From assembly GCF_964204645.1 (NCBI RefSeq), contig NC_134032.1, positions 3,992,175-4,056,174 on the forward strand: a DNA stretch of 64,000 nt. Reading direction: 5' to 3'. Of this stretch, positions 22,655 to 37,039 are shown piece by piece. The position numbers were made by a program, and so were the translations under genes. The DNA is from Tubulanus polymorphus (lineage: Eukaryota > Animalia > Nemertea). The stretch's first letter is position 1. Each line of letters starts with the position of its first letter. The notes beneath the pieces are model-generated. The model did no database searches. It was given only the letters and a program-made list of their open reading frames with translations, and was not told the origin of the DNA.

Positions 22655-23605
22655 TTATTTTAATGAATTTCTACAGCGGATTTTCATACAGAAATATTCA
22701 CGAATTTCTTGTCCCAGTAAAAGGTATATGTAGAAATTGATGACATAATTACATGATTCGAACTGGGAGGAAATATCTATGAGGAAGTCTGTATGTTCCG
22801 GTGAGATTGGTAAAAGTACGACCAGCGAGTTTGGCAGTGTAAAAATTGCAAATGCGAGTGAAACTGTTAGAAGCATTATTGTTGTACGTTTTGATTTTGT
22901 AGTTTTCTGATCGGACGAAACCATTTTTGAACCCCTGAATAACTGAATTATTATGACAGAATTTGATATTATTATGAACGTTAACGGTACAAGAAAAACG
23001 TATATTACACATATCATAAAAAGTAAGGTTTGGTCCCAAGACTTGTAGTAACATCCGAAAGGATAAACAAATTTCATTGTTGCTACTGGATGAACACCAA
23101 TTACGAATGCATTTATTATGGACATAAAAGCAATGACACATCGGGCGAATCTAGGTGTACATATCAAACGAGATGTGAACGGGAAGAGAACAACTGCCGC
23201 ACGTTCTAGAGATATCGCTACTATTAACCAGGCACTATTGGCGCCCATCGAATTTATTAAGAATTCGTATATTTGACAGCTGATCAGTGAATCTACCAAG
23301 ATTATTTGACCAGTATTTAGACTAAAGAGAACAAACTGTAAAATAGGCATCAGCGTAAAACCGACACAGAACACTAAATCACTGATAGACAAAGCGATCA
23401 GGTAGTTAGCGTAAGATAAACTGCGGAATCTGCGACTTATCATTATCAGGAATGTAGCCGAATTTCCAAACGCTCCTAACAAGAACATGACAAGCAGTAT
23501 GACCAATGAAACTGTACGGTAGGTGCCAGACTTGTTCACCAATGCCATTAGAACGATGTAACCGCTGTAAGGTCGTCCAACTAAGTGCATCTCGGTATAA
23601 TTCAT
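22655..23605 (-). CDS. Intronless class A (rhodopsin-like) GPCR, peptide-receptor/chemoreceptor-like
   Basis: Seven hydrophobic segments, GN in TM1, LSISD in TM2, ISLERA (DRY equivalent), TLP in TM6, NFYIY in TM7. Confidence 0.92.
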   Translation of the reverse strand: MNYTEMHLVGRPYSGYIVLMALVNKSGTYRTVSLVILLVMFLLGAFGNSATFLIMISRRFRSLSYANYLIALSISDLVFCVGFTLMPILQFVLFSLNTGQIILVDSLISCQIYEFLINSMGANSAWLIVAISLERAAVVLFPFTSRLICTPRFARCVIAFMSIINAFVIGVHPVATMKFVYPFGCYYKSWDQTLLFMICVIYVFLVPLTFIIISNSVIIIQLFRGSKMVSSDQKTTKSKRTTIMLLTVSLAFAIFTLPNSLVVLLPISPEHTDFLIDISSQFESCNYVINFYIYLLLGQEIREYFCMKIRCRNSLK

Positions 23606-26600
23606 CTCGGATCAACAAGTAGCACGTTAGGAGTAACAAATCTATTAGAAACTTCTAAGTGTTATATCCTATTGTAATTTCTTGTTTGCCTTCAAATTCT
23701 AGCAAATCACATTAGCATCCAAATCTTAACCCCTCATATTTCCATGTAATATTAATGGATGATCGTCTCCACTGCATGGAATGGCTGCATTCTCTGATGA
23801 ATCGATAAATTAATTTCACGAGAAAGAGATCCGTGTGGTTACAAAATGTCTAATTTACAAGTCTTACTGGTGATAGCTATTCACCATTCATTAGAGATAC
23901 TGTCAAACTATTCGCCATATAGGATTGATGGTATCATACTGTTTGCACGCACTCTCGCATATTTGTTTAATTAATTTGATACGAATACAGTCTTATTCAT
24001 GATAGCTATATTCCGTTAGAGAAATAAAGTTACTTTATGGTTGACACAATTTGGCACGAATAAAATATCAGAAATCTTGCGAAATATACTCACATCTATC
24101 ATCGACTTATAGTTGGAACGGTCGGAATAGCTGAAATTCGGTCCGTTGGAAGAAGATGAGAAACAAAGCTAAGGCTTATCATCTTCCAAAGAAAAAAAAA
24201 ACATGAAAAATAAATGTTAATTTTGAAAAATTTCAGGGGGTTCGTCCGCTACCCCGAACCCTCACTCGTCGCGGTCCTGCCTTTTTGTAACCATGACATC
24301 ACATGAATATTGGCTCTATAAGATGCTATAACCATTGCCTTACATTGCATAGGTTTCCGTTTTATAATGAATGAATTGCCATCGTTCGGTAACTTGATCG
24401 TAGCTTCGGACATTTTGATTGAATGAATGATCTGGCAAGTAATGTCTGGCTGTAACCAATCCCCTGTGTAATATACCATCTCACTTTTACAATATTATGA
24501 AACTGTCTACCCTGCGAAAATCGTTCATCAAATTTGGCAAGTCTCTACTCGGGGTAAAAAAACGCTCTGTTAATGCAGCTGTTCGCGGTGATCTGGGACA
24601 GTTCCCTCTACTTATAACCTTCTTGCCACTACGGTCAAATACTGGCTGCGCATCTCTAAAATAGACAGTTCGACTATGGTACATAAAGCATATCCTGAAA
24701 ACCTAATGCCTATGCACTCTACCCTGAACTGGTGCACAAGTCTCCACTTACTTCTAGAATGCCTCGACCTCTCAGATGTTTGGTTCAATCGGGTTAAACC
24801 ATCTCAACAAATTAATTAATCTACCGCAATCTAAATTGAAAGCCCTTTATTCATCCATATGGCTCAAAGAAATCAACGACTCAAACAAAAAAACCCAAAA
24901 GACCAATCCTACAAACTATTTAAATCACGCTTTAAATCACGCGCTAAGAAAATTATGTTGTTGCCAACAACTTCACAAATCGCTGCGAATTCTCCGAATT
25001 ACGCCTTGGGTTCCGCGATCTTCGTTTTGAAACTGGACGATATCACAGTGTCCGAATATGTGAACCGGGTTATATTTCACTGCATGAGATATGTAACGGC
25101 GAGGGGTCTGAAACAGTAATACTATAAATAACGTCTCACTGACACACGCATTCTTTCTTTTTGAATTTATTTTTCTTACCACTTTCATACGGGTAGCCTT
25201 TTACATGTTAGGTTTTGATATTTTAAAAATCTGTTTCATGCGTTTAGGATAAAGTTTAGATTTATTTCTGGACCATGTTTCTTCGCGACAATACAGTGCA
25301 TCCATTGAATGGTAGCCCCGGGAATATCACTTATAGAAAAATATAATTTTCTTTTGCAAAATTTAGAAACACGTGAAACTATTGGTCAGTTAAATGACAT
25401 GAAATATTTGAGTAATGCGCTTCAATGTAATTGGTTCCAAAAAGATAATCGAACCCCCAGCGATTGATGGCAATATTATACAAATTATACAACACAATGG
25501 AATAGATGAATTATTCCAAGAAGTCCGATTGCACGCTCGTAAAGACAGAAGGAAAAATGTTATTCTGCATACCTGTTAAACTATGCTTGTACGGGAAATT
25601 CATGGCAACCTTATATTCAGCGGGGAAGTGGCTCATTCCAGATTTAATTAAGTTTTAGTTTTACCTTCCTGAGAGCGCATTGAGGTTTTGCCTTTTTTAA
25701 AAAAAAACCTTTTGTTGCGATCCTTATGCAGCTAGCAGTTAGAAAGTGTAGATGTTGTCAAAAACGAATATTATCTGATTTTTTACACTAACCCGTCATA
25801 ATCCAATGAAATTTGTTTGCTAAGTTTGTCACTAAGTGAAAGTTTTCTTTTAAGGTTAAACATACGGTTTTATGTCCAGATTCTTGCCGCAAAAACAGAA
25901 GCTCCGCCTTAATGTCCGGCAAACGAAGATGAACCGACGTCACACGTAAATCTGATCGGGTTGCCACGGCTCCTGCGTGTCCAGACCTTGAAACGAGAAT
26001 CCCCAAACTTCCCCTAAATTCTCTGCCTCCTCTTCTTTCATTGTCTTGTCAAATCTTCTATTGCTTTTCTCGATTTTTTCATGTTCCCTCATAATAAAGT
26101 TGTCGAATTTTTTTTTGTGACACGGTTTGTGCTTAAACATTTTTATACCCACGCTGTCTTACGAAATAAAATGAAAATTACAGCGTTAATTCGTTTGAGC
26201 TACCCCGGAATCAATCTCTTTCCTCGTTATTGTAGAGAGCACCTTAGCATTGCAAAAATTTTTAACCTACTAATTTAATCAAAAACTTAACGAATCAGTT
26301 AAATAGAGCTACCCCGGCAACCTGAACTTGTTTTATTTCTACGATATGTAATCTTGCATTAGATTATTTTGTTAAAATGTGTTCTTTTGGTCATCTATCC
26401 TACACGCGTAGTACATGTATTAATAAAGAATATTATACTGAATTCATGACGAGGAGCATGGATGCGCCATTTCATTAAAAAGTTATAAGAGTCGCGGCCA
26501 CTAATGGTAATATGTTAACCGATGTTGAAGAAGCTAATTCCCACGGTCAATGTTAAAAAATAAAAACTGATTTCAACTGCGTTCACTGTAAGAGCTGTGG

Positions 26601-26826
26601 AGATATTTAACAGCGTTCAGTTGAAATCTCATTATTTCTATTCCGTTAGAAGTGTAAAACATCAAGGTCTATAATGATCAAGGCGTAGCCAGGAGGTCAC
26701 CAATATTATAAGCTGATTCACGGCTCAAGGAATGCATCCACCATGCATTTGCCTTGTGATATAAATGTGTTTGATAATATTCACTAGACCTACCTTTCGG
26801 GAACAATACTTTTCTACCTGTTTGTA

Positions 26827-27154
26827 AGTAATAGGGGTAATGGGCTTTCAAGCCAAAGGTCGAACGGAATGAAAAATATGAAAATAATAACAATTTCAAC
26901 TTGAATTAGTCGCGAAACTCATAAAAAATGAAAAATAATTCTCACACACTCGAATTTATTTTTCATTTTTACTCCCTAGAAAAAAGTGTGAGTAAAGTGT
27001 GAGTAAAATAAATTCGAGCGTGTGAGAATTATTTTTCATTTTTTATGAGTTTCACTCCTAATTCAAGTAGAAATTGTTATTATTTTCATATTTTTCATTT
27101 TTTATGAACTCGACCATTCAACCTTTAACCTGAAAGCCCATTACCCCTATTACT
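26827..27154. repeat. Long imperfect palindrome (about 330 bp)
   Basis: AGTAATAGGGGTAATGGGCTTTCA...CTCGAATTTATTT is mirrored by AAATAAATTCGAG...TGAAAGCCCATTACCCCTATTACT. Confidence 0.9.
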
Positions 27155-27273
27155 CTTAGAATATTCATATACATGAATAAAATATATATGAATAACAAAT
27201 AAATTGATAGATTATTCAATATAAAAGTGTGAGTGAAATAATTCATATTTAAAACATTGAATATTTATATTTG

Positions 27274-27925
27274 AATGAGTTTTAATAAAAATTTTGTTAT
27301 AAAAAAGAAGAAAGAAGAAGAAGAACCCAACTTTAAAATCGAAATCAATGAAACCAATAAATCATTTTCACAGTTTAACATTAGAAATTATATTTCAGCA
27401 ACATATTGTCCGCAAGACATTATAAAATCGATAACATAACTATGATTAATCAAATACTATCAAATGAAACATATTTAATTACTGAACTAGTAGATACTTT
27501 TGATAATGGCGTTAAAAATCCTAAATTGTTCAATACAGTTTTGAATTTTAAAGGAACTTTAGATGAGAACATAATTAATATACTTCAAACCCCTTTCAAT
27601 GAAAGAAATGATAATATAATACTTTCAAAAGATTACAATGATTTGATTAACTTAAGAATTGAAAAAAGACAATTATATTATTTCAATTTTGATAATAAAC
27701 AAATTATCTACAATGAAAATTCATCAAATATTGGAATTCAATGTGAATTAGATAATGAAAAATCATATAAAGATATTGCAGTTCAATGTAATTTAGATGA
27801 TGAATTTAGAAAATTCAATCCTAATGAAAAAGTGCATTGTTATTGCGGAGGTAAATATTTAAAATCACATAAATCAATTAAAGCATTATGAAACAATTAA
27901 ACATAAAAACTGGCGTAAAGAGTAA
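27274..27925 (+). pseudogene. Very AT-rich, virus/transposon-like ORF relic with C-terminal Zn-finger-like motif
   Basis: N/K/I-rich ORF 27406-27891 with repeated (G/A)(I/V)QC.LD and C.CGGKY..SHK..H continuing after a frameshift. Confidence 0.4.
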
Positions 27926-27974
27926 CAATTCTACGTTATAATTATTGAGTTAAATGATTTAAATATCTAATAGA

Positions 27975-29070
27975 CTGTTAAAATGATAAATTGTTTGACA
28001 GTTGAAATGATAAATTGTTTGGCAGTTGAAATGATAAATTGTTTGACAGTTGAAATGATAAATTGTTTGACAGTTGAAATGATAAATCGTTTGACAGTTG
28101 AAATGATAAATTGTTAGACAGTTGAAATGATAAATTGTTTGACAGTTGAAATGATAAATTGTTCGACTGTTGAAATGATAAGACAGTTGAAATGTTAAAT
28201 TGTTTAACAGTTGAAATGATAAATTGTTTGACAGTTGAAATGATAAATTGTTTGACAGTTGAAATGATAAATTGTTTGACAGTTGAAATGATAAATTGTT
28301 TGACAGTTGAAATGATAAATTGTTTGACAGTTGAAATGATAAATTGTTTGACAGTTGAAATGATAAATTGTTTGACAGTTGAAATGATAAATTGTTGGAC
28401 AGTTGAAATGATAAATTGTTCGACTGTTGAAATGATAAATTGTTTGACAGTTGAAATGATAAATTGTTTGACAGTTGAAATGATAAATTGTTCGTCTGTT
28501 GAAATGATAAATTGTTCGACTGTTGAAATGATAAATTGTTCGACTGTTGAAATGATAAATTGTTTGACAGTTGAAATGATAAATTGTTTGACAGTTGAAA
28601 TGATAAATTGTTCGATAGTTGAAATGATAAATTGTTCGACTGTTGAAATGATAAGACAGTTGAAATGATAAATTGTTTGACAGTTGAAATGATAAATTGT
28701 TTGACAGTTGAAATGATAAATTGTTTGGCAGTTGAAATGATAAATTGTTTGACAGTTGAAATGATAAATTGTTTGGCAGTTGAAATGATAAATTGTTTGA
28801 CAGTTGAAATGATGAATTGTTTGGCAGTTGAAATGATAAATTGTTTGACAGTTGAAATGATAAATTGTTTGACAGTTGAAATGATAAATTGTTTGGCAGT
28901 TGAAATGATAAATTGTTTGGCAGTTGATATGATAAATTGTTTGACAGTTGATATGATAAATTGTTTAACAGTTAATATGATAAATTGTTTGACAGTTGAA
29001 ATGATAAATTGTTTGACAGTTGAAATGATAAATTGTTTGACAGTTGAAATGATAAATTGTTTGGCTGTAA
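27975..29070. repeat. 24-bp minisatellite (ACAGTTGAAATGATAAATTGTTTG)n, about 45 copies
   Basis: Direct reading; few variant units. Confidence 0.97.
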
Positions 29071-29187
29071 ATTTAATTGTTATTTGATTTAATCATTTAA
29101 AAGTTTAATATTTTTAAAATGATTATAAAATATTTAATTAAAAACTAGCAAATATTTTATGAACTGTTTAATGTTTCTCTTAAATAA

Positions 29188-29593
29188 ATGGATGGTTTCA
29201 TCCCAGCTGGGAAAAGTGATTTGAAACATTATTTAGTAGCAGGAGGAATAATATTTGCTGCGCTTTTCTTTTATTATGAAAATATCAGTAAGGATTTGAT
29301 TAATGAAAATATAAAATTGAGAAAGAAATTAAAGAAGTTAAATGGAAACAACCACAGAAAAAATGACAATAAAAAAGTTAATGATTTAAATGATTTGGAG
29401 GATTAAAACAGCATCTTTTGATTTAATTTATTCTATATATTTTGACTATAAAATGAGTGAAAATAAGGTATTAGAAATATTACATCTAATATATAAAAAT
29501 CAACAGAATATTAAATCAATTATTATGATTTCAGGTTTATTTTCATTCTCAGTTTATACTATAAAACAGTTGTTAGAATTCTATGATTGCTGA
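29188..29593 (+). other. Two tiny AT-rich single-TM ORFs (29188-29406 and about 29453-29593), possibly viral relic
   Basis: Both start in T/A-AAATG context, each has one hydrophobic segment, and both lie in the same AT-rich island as the 24-bp satellite. Confidence 0.3.
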
Positions 29594-32500
29594 AAAATTA
29601 GATACACTGAATCAGTTATTTCAGGAAGTTTTGAAGACGCTTCAATGTAATGTCTTGATATTTGGGTTTCACATGTATCTACCCTAGACACATCTTCAGC
29701 TCAAAAACTGGCCCTGTCAGAATCAAGATGGCCGACTGGCAGCCATTGTTGTTCGCCAAAATCAACACTTTTTACACATTTTTGAACTTTTTGAGGGAAA
29801 TTTTGAAGATGCTTTGATCAATTACCTTGATCTTTCGGATATATGTGAATGCTCCTGGGCCCATCAGCATAACTTTGCAGCATAAAATTGGGATACGGAC
29901 TCAAGATGGCCGTCCTATGACCTTTTTTAGTGCCCAAAAATGTCAATTTTGGCCCGAATTCTGAGTTTGCCATTTCTCATTGCAATTTGTGATGGGTATT
30001 CTTTGAAAAGGGATGTTTTATACCTTTGATACCTGAATTGTTAGATTGTTGAGCATTTGGAACCACTTCCCAAGTGGGCATGGTGTCCCTGGACCCCTAG
30101 TTCTAATAACTCAGATCAAGAGTGACTCTCCCGTTTATTAGGAAACACACGCAACTAGTGGAATAGGTTTGATTTACACACATGTTGCAGGTATCAATTG
30201 TTTATCACTGTAGAATTTGTAATCCATAAAAGCCAAAATCAACATCAGCCGGAAACCCAGACCAAATCAATTCATAATTTATTGATTGAATCTACACTAC
30301 AATATATGTATTTATTCAAATATTTCAATAAAAACATTAACTTCTTAAATCTAATCTATTCTAAATCATAATACGTTCTTATCTGTGAATTCACTCAATC
30401 TATCGGCTCAGCAGGTGCTTAAGATGAGTTCTTAATAGGACAGATCCATTTTCAAGGATGGTGATAATACAGTATCATGATGTTTGAATGCCAAAATAAG
30501 TGCCTGGTCAAATATATTAATATTTGTGATTGTACGTCCACGTATGTTCGGTTTCAAGGCTAAATCATATTTGACGTTTACACCGTGGTTGCATATTAGG
30601 TTCGAATCTGTCAATGCATTTTATTCTATGTATCGATATTTCAATTTACTACAATTCCCATCATTCTGAATGGCTTTACAGAAAACCCGTCATCGCTGCT
30701 TTGCAGCTATATTGAAATTTGTTTTTGATGATACCATTTTTGCTTGATTCTCGACCTCATTACCAATTCATCATCGGGGTCAAGGTTAACTAAATCCTTA
30801 ACACTATATTTGTTTTAAACATTTAACCAGTTCCTTTTGGTTGAATTTGATCCAGCTTCACAGTTGACCTCAGTGTAAGCTTTCGTTGATAATAAACCCT
30901 GTTCCACAGTTGCGTGGATTGGGTTTTTCGTAGGGTGTCTGTTGAATTTGTCTCTTGATCCAGTTCCACGGTACTGTGGGTTTTATCCGACTTGGAAGCC
31001 AGTTTTTACAGTCGTGTGGATTTAATTTGATTTAAGATCCATTTCCACTGCTGTTTTGATTTAATTATATTCTGAACCGGCCAGTTCCACAGTTTTGTGG
31101 TTTTCATACGACGTGGTAGAAAACGATCAATTGTTAACTACATAACACAGGGTCTTGAATATCGATGAAATATATCAGACGAAATCGTTTCGTATTTCAC
31201 CCGTTCCCACTCCGGATTCAAGTAGTAAAACACACACGACAAGCTGATCGAAAATTAAAGAGAAAAGTAAATAGTGTATGAAATATCCAAAGTGTAAAAG
31301 TCACAAATGAATTTTCTACATAAGGATCCTATATCAAATGCAGCGACCAAACTTAGACCCGAAGGCAAAACTGTAAGTAGATATGTAGAAACATGCGTAC
31401 AGCGAAATTGTTAAATAGCGTCTAATAAAGTAGCATATTCTAAGTATTTCTAGATTTTGATGTAAGCAGCGTAAAATTAATAACTGATTGATCTTACATG
31501 TTAACCAGAAATGCAGATAAACCGTTATGGATGCTTTGCATTATATATATTACAAAAATCTTCCTGATACAGCATTATTTCAAACCTATGACAAAAAGGT
31601 TTATTCACAGACCCTATTGAAATCTGTCGAATAATCAGAATTTGAAATTTACCAAAAGGCCGAATTGGTAATATAATGAATTCATATTCTAGACGACGAA
31701 ATGCTTGCTTATTTGACGCATCGTATGATTGCTATTGTAACGGTTGTGGTCAGTACTGTGTCATTTTCAAAAGGTGAGGAACTACTTAGAAAATAATGCA
31801 CAATTTCATGGGACGTCAAATACGTACAGCATGGATTTAAATAAAGTACCGGTAGCAGGTATCAGGAAATATTTTGTAGAAGTTAATCGATTGAACGGAC
31901 TCATTTGATGAATTGCACTCTACGGGTAATATTACATACATATATTCTGGAAAGAAAATTCATTTGATTGACGTGAAATATTTTTCTTATATACATATTT
32001 CCTTAATTCGTGTATATTTGTGCTTTCCTTAAATGGTCGAAACTAACATTGGGGTACCCGCAGTACTACTGTGGCAATCGAGGATTCCACCCATGGCAGG
32101 CGAGGATCCGCCAGGTTTGCTAGTAGATAGTAGGTCATCCGCGTTCAATTTCCCTCTACATTTCAATTAAATCTGAATGAAGATTTCCCTTAATATGAAT
32201 CAATTATTTATGGAAACTATATCCACATCTGATTAGAAGAATGAAAGTATTTGATAATTGATGAGTCCGGTGATAATATATGGATTGAGGTGTCTAAAAT
32301 CCAGTTTAAGGTGTATTAAAAATGAACTAATCTTGACAACGAGCAACCTACTGCTCGTCACTCCATCTAATGGGATAGCTGATTTTGCGGTTACCCCATT
32401 GACTAGCATCCCCATCGTTGGTCCTTTGTCCAACTATCTCTTACATTCAAGTAAAACCGGTTTTCACTTCATAATTTTACTTTCAATTAAGTACTTTTTT

Positions 32501-33460
32501 CAATAACAGGTTGCTTACTGAGAGGATCCTGTGGCGCTGGTTCCGAGTGTAAAATGTAAATTTGGAAATTGTTACTAATCGTTGATAAGGGATATACGTA
32601 CTTGTGGTGGATTGGGAGATATGCGTACGATCATGAAACTGAACAACGGTATCAAAGGTTACTTAAGAAAATGTTCCAATCGAATTTATATTTGTAACCG
32701 AGTCGGTAGATCTCCTGATATAATTGAAATCAATGAAACTGCGAGTAAATAAACCAATGATCGATACACTGTTAAACATTTATCGGTGAAGATATCAAAG
32801 TATTTAGGATGCGCTGTTCCACGTTTTACAAAATGTTTAAATCTCTGATCAGAAAACATGAGGTAGCGCCGGGTCTTAAGTGTTTTTTTAATAACTTACC
32901 AAGAAATCCCTTTTGTGTACTGTTGTTTAATCCCTTCGCAGAAGAACCGGCAAAGATTTGTCGGCACACGCCGGGTCTTCTCCGAATTATTCTTCACTAA
33001 CATGGCATACTTGCCATATTTGTTACCCATTTAGTTATTAACTCTTCACCCACGGTGGGGCGAACCCTGAAGACGTGGTAGCCCCTTATGGATCACGAAA
33101 TATTGAGTTTACTGGACATGGTACTTGTAGATCCTTTCAGTTTCACGGAGTGTATTAAAATGACAGGTCATTAATACCGGTACCAGTGGCGTTGTATGTA
33201 CGTTACATGATGTTTTTACATGTACACAGTATGGCGCGAGTCAATGAAAAGTGATACGTTCATGCGGCAGCGATATACCATACTCAAATAGATCTCTATT
33301 ATTGGAAGACTGCAGACAATACCAGCCAATGTGAGATCCTGTGATAATGTATGGATACGAAAGTCAAAAATTAATCCAATTCAAGTTCATTATTTTGATA
33401 ACGGACGAAGGCCACTGCTTGTCACGCCATCTGTTGGGATAGCTGTAACTTATTCGATAT

Positions 33461-33795
33461 TTAGTATTTAAATGAACCTACCTTGTAGTACTCGGTTTTG
33501 CCATTGGTGGTGCTGCACGCGTAGACGATGGTGACGTCATACAGATAACAATGTCCTCCGTTGAACGAGATGGCTGTACATTTCTGATCATTCATACAAT
33601 CAGCTCCGCATTTACATTTCTGTTCGCGATCACGTGGTTTTTTCGCCCAGTTTTGTGAGATTTTCTCGCTTCGTTTGTCGCCTCTCAAACATTCTGGCAG
33701 TCGAGTGAATTGTTTGTGAAGCGGAACTCGGTTAAAACCTCATAGGTGACGACGAAACAGAAAACACCGACCAGTAAAATGTTGATTGAGTTCAT
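33461..33795 (-). pseudogene. Small secreted PAN/apple-domain gene, frameshifted paralog
   Basis: Signal-peptide-like start; DCMNDQKCTAISFNGGHCYLYD; colinear with 36680-37039. Confidence 0.6.
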
Positions 33796-34124
33796 GATCG
33801 TGTTTGATGAAATTCTCATGAATGTGGCGGCTGACACAAACTACTGATAGTATGTATTCATAAAAACTGGACTCGCCTCTGAAGATCTGATGGTTTTTTA
33901 ACAGATCATGTCATATATGAATAAAAATTTCATTGGCTTTTTCATAAAATATTCAACACTACCCAAATGCATCTCTATGAATGAGTGAATGAATGAATGC
34001 TTTATTCTCTAATTACAAATAATTAATATACACACATAAATACAATTTGAGAAAAGGACATCTCCAAGCCGGGGGCTGTACCATAAGGGGAGATGCCCTG
34101 TAACTATTATATGATAATGAATAC

Positions 34125-34279
34125 TATAATAATGAAGTAATGATAATAATGATAACAATGATGATGATGATGATGATGACGACGACGACGACGATAATGA
34201 TAATGACAATCATAATGATAATAACAATAATAATGGCAATGGCAATGGCTATGGCAATGGCAATGGCAATAATAATAAT

Positions 34280-34318
<39 letters not shown>

Positions 34319-34785
34319 TATAATAATAATTATAATAATAATTATAATAATAATTATTATAATAATTATAATAATAATTATAATGATTATAATGATTATA
34401 ATGATTATAATGATTATAATGATTATAATGATTATAATGATTATAATGATTATAATGATTATAATGATTATAATGATTATAATGATTATAATGATTATAA
34501 TGATCATAATGATCATAATGATCATAATGATCATAATGATTATAATGATTATAATGATTATAATGATTATAATGATTATTATGATTATAATGATTATAAT
34601 GATTATATAATAATAATTATAATCATTATAATCATTATAATCATTATAATAATTAAAATAATTATAATATCGATAATAACGATAATAACGATAATAACGA
34701 TTATAATATTAATAATAATTGATAATATTAATAAAATTGATAATAATTATACTTATTATAATAATTATAATTTTAGTTATAATAC
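34125..34785. repeat. Compound microsatellite (AAT)n/(GAT)n/(ATAATGATT)n
   Basis: Direct reading. Confidence 0.97.
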
Positions 34786-36679
34786 ATAAGTTCTGAAGTG
34801 CTTTTTGATGTTCTTCATTTACTTCGAGTTAGTTAATACCAAACTTTTAATGTAAGGTTATCCACAGTGCCATAATTGGTATGTGACAAATGGCGGAAAA
34901 TTGGATAACCAACCTTCGTTTGGTATATCGGCGCCTTAAAAATTTGATGGATTGACATGCGCGCATCGTTAACGTACAAATCGCCGTTTGTGCATCTCAG
35001 TGAAACCCATTCCCCTTGCCGAATAAACTATCATCGATTCGATACTTTAGTATCTTTTTCTCCGGAAATTGCCCACACTCAACTTTACGTCCACTGTGAT
35101 ACAACAGCAAGTATTTCTTCATGTTAACCGATCCGGCACCAATTCCACCGACTAATAGAGAAATCGAATAGCTTTTTATCTTCATGGGTTTCTCTCTGTC
35201 TCCAAAATACAATTTCAGATATTTAATCGGCGAGTTTACAGGTAGGCTGTTATTAGCACCTTCGACCAGTGTGAGTTTCACCTTGTTCCCTTTTTCATGA
35301 TCATACGCCGTCATATTGGCTCCCTCTCCGTACACGATTCCACGTTCAGTATCGACTTTCTCTCAAAATCGAAGAAATAACAAAGTTTGCGCAGATTTGG
35401 TCACACGACTTCATCAGCTGAAATAAGAACATATACCGCGCATCAGTTTGAGATGTTATAAATGCGGTTCAGTGAACTAGTGGTTTGTACGGTGTGGCTG
35501 ATCAGGACAATCGTGTACAATTCCACAATTCCTGCTAAGCATATGGGGACACCAGAACGCTCGCTAAAACAAAAGAAAACGCCGAATCTTTCTTAAATAG
35601 TCCGTTTAGGCGCGGCAAAACTAAGAACGTCCCGTTTTGGTAACAGTGTCGTCTTGAGATATCATAAAAGCGCCTTGGCCGACTGGTTTGAGGTATCCCC
35701 TTTCCAGATTTGTGGGTTAGAATCATGCATAGTTTACGGCAGATTTCGTGTGTAATTCATCCCCTTTGATTACCGCGATAACCAGATGCAAATATTATAG
35801 GCGAATAACTTACTGTTTTTGCTACACATGGATTTACTGCTGCTGCTATGGCTGTGACTGCTGCTGCTGCTTCGGTTGCTGGGACTCGTATTGGGAGTGG
35901 TCGGTCCATCATCTCTCTTCTTAAACAAATGTTAATAATAAAACGTATTAATTCACGAAATCATTTTGCATTAAGAGACGGAAACGTAATATTTTATTGT
36001 TTTCATGTATTTACTTATCTATCTATTATCGTGACTTGTACATCACATATTAATACATAGATTTAGAACCCACCCCTAATTAAGACTTATAAGTCAATTT
36101 ATACTAACTGATGTCATAATATCATGAAAAATAGACTTCCCTAAAGCGCAAGACTATAAAAAGTATATACCATACTGTAAAGACTGACGAGGACGGTACA
36201 TTTCAGTTATAACAGTTCTATATCTCATCAACGAACTAACTCTTTGAATGACAACTTCAAAAACAAGAGTCCAAGTTTTTCTAAAAAACAAGAGTCCAAG
36301 CTACATTTGTTAGTTTCGAGTCCCGACCTCGCGCTATTCTGCATCCGATTTTAAACAAGTAAAATCGTTACGATAAACCACTTTAATTAGATACCCGCAC
36401 CGCTACTGTCGCAATCGAGGATTCCACGTTTGGCAGGCGAGGATGCGCCAGGTGTCGCTTGTAGTTAGTTGGTCGCCAACGTTCAATTTCCTTCTACATT
36501 GCAATTAAATCCGAATGGACTTATCGCTGAAATGAATCGATTATATGGATACAGGAGTCTAAAAATCCAGTTCAAAGTTTACTGTAACAGTTATAGAACT
36601 GGATCATTTCTTTTTGCCATAAAAGATTTTTAAAATTTTAAGAATGCATTCAGTAAATTGTTACTATGTCTACTGTAAA

Positions 36680-37039
36680 TTACTCGATATTTAGTATTTG
36701 AATGAACCTACCTTGTAGTACTTGGTTATGCCGTTGATGGCACTGCACGCGTAGTCGGTGTTTTACGTCATACAGGTAACAATGTCCTCCGTTGAACGAC
36801 ATGGCCGAACATTTCTGACAATTCATACAATCACGAGCGAACTTGATGATGTTTTGAACATTTCTGTTTGCGATCACGTGGTTTGTTTTCGCCCAGTTTT
36901 GTAAGTTTATCTCGCGGTGTTTGTCGCCTATCAAACATTCTGGCAGTCGAGTGAATTGTTGAATACGGAACTCGGTTAAAACCTCATCAGCGACGACGGA
37001 ACTGAAAACACCGACCAGTAAAATGTTGATCGCGTTCAT
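36680..37039 (-). CDS. Small secreted PAN/apple-domain protein (possibly frameshifted near its 3' end)
   Basis: MNAINILLVGVFSSVVA signal peptide; DCMNCQKCSAMSFNGGHCYLYD PAN-like Cys pattern. Confidence 0.6.
   Translation of the reverse strand: MNAINILLVGVFSSVVADEVLTEFRIQQFTRLPECLIGDKHREINLQNWAKTNHVIANRNVQNIIKFARDCMNCQKCSAMSFNGGHCYLYDVKHRLRVQCHQRHNQVLQGRFIQILNIE

Noticed and set aside
24100-26820. Possible decayed gene on the minus strand
   Set aside because: Fragments look coding-like but I could not recognise any family, so no call is made.
28192-29087. EMINCLTV-repeat proteins, or a CRISPR-like array
   Set aside because: Pure tandem 24-bp satellite with no unique spacers; the ORFs are a by-product.
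34009-34610. Poly-Ile/Met/Ser ORFs
   Set aside because: Translations of trinucleotide and 9-bp microsatellites.
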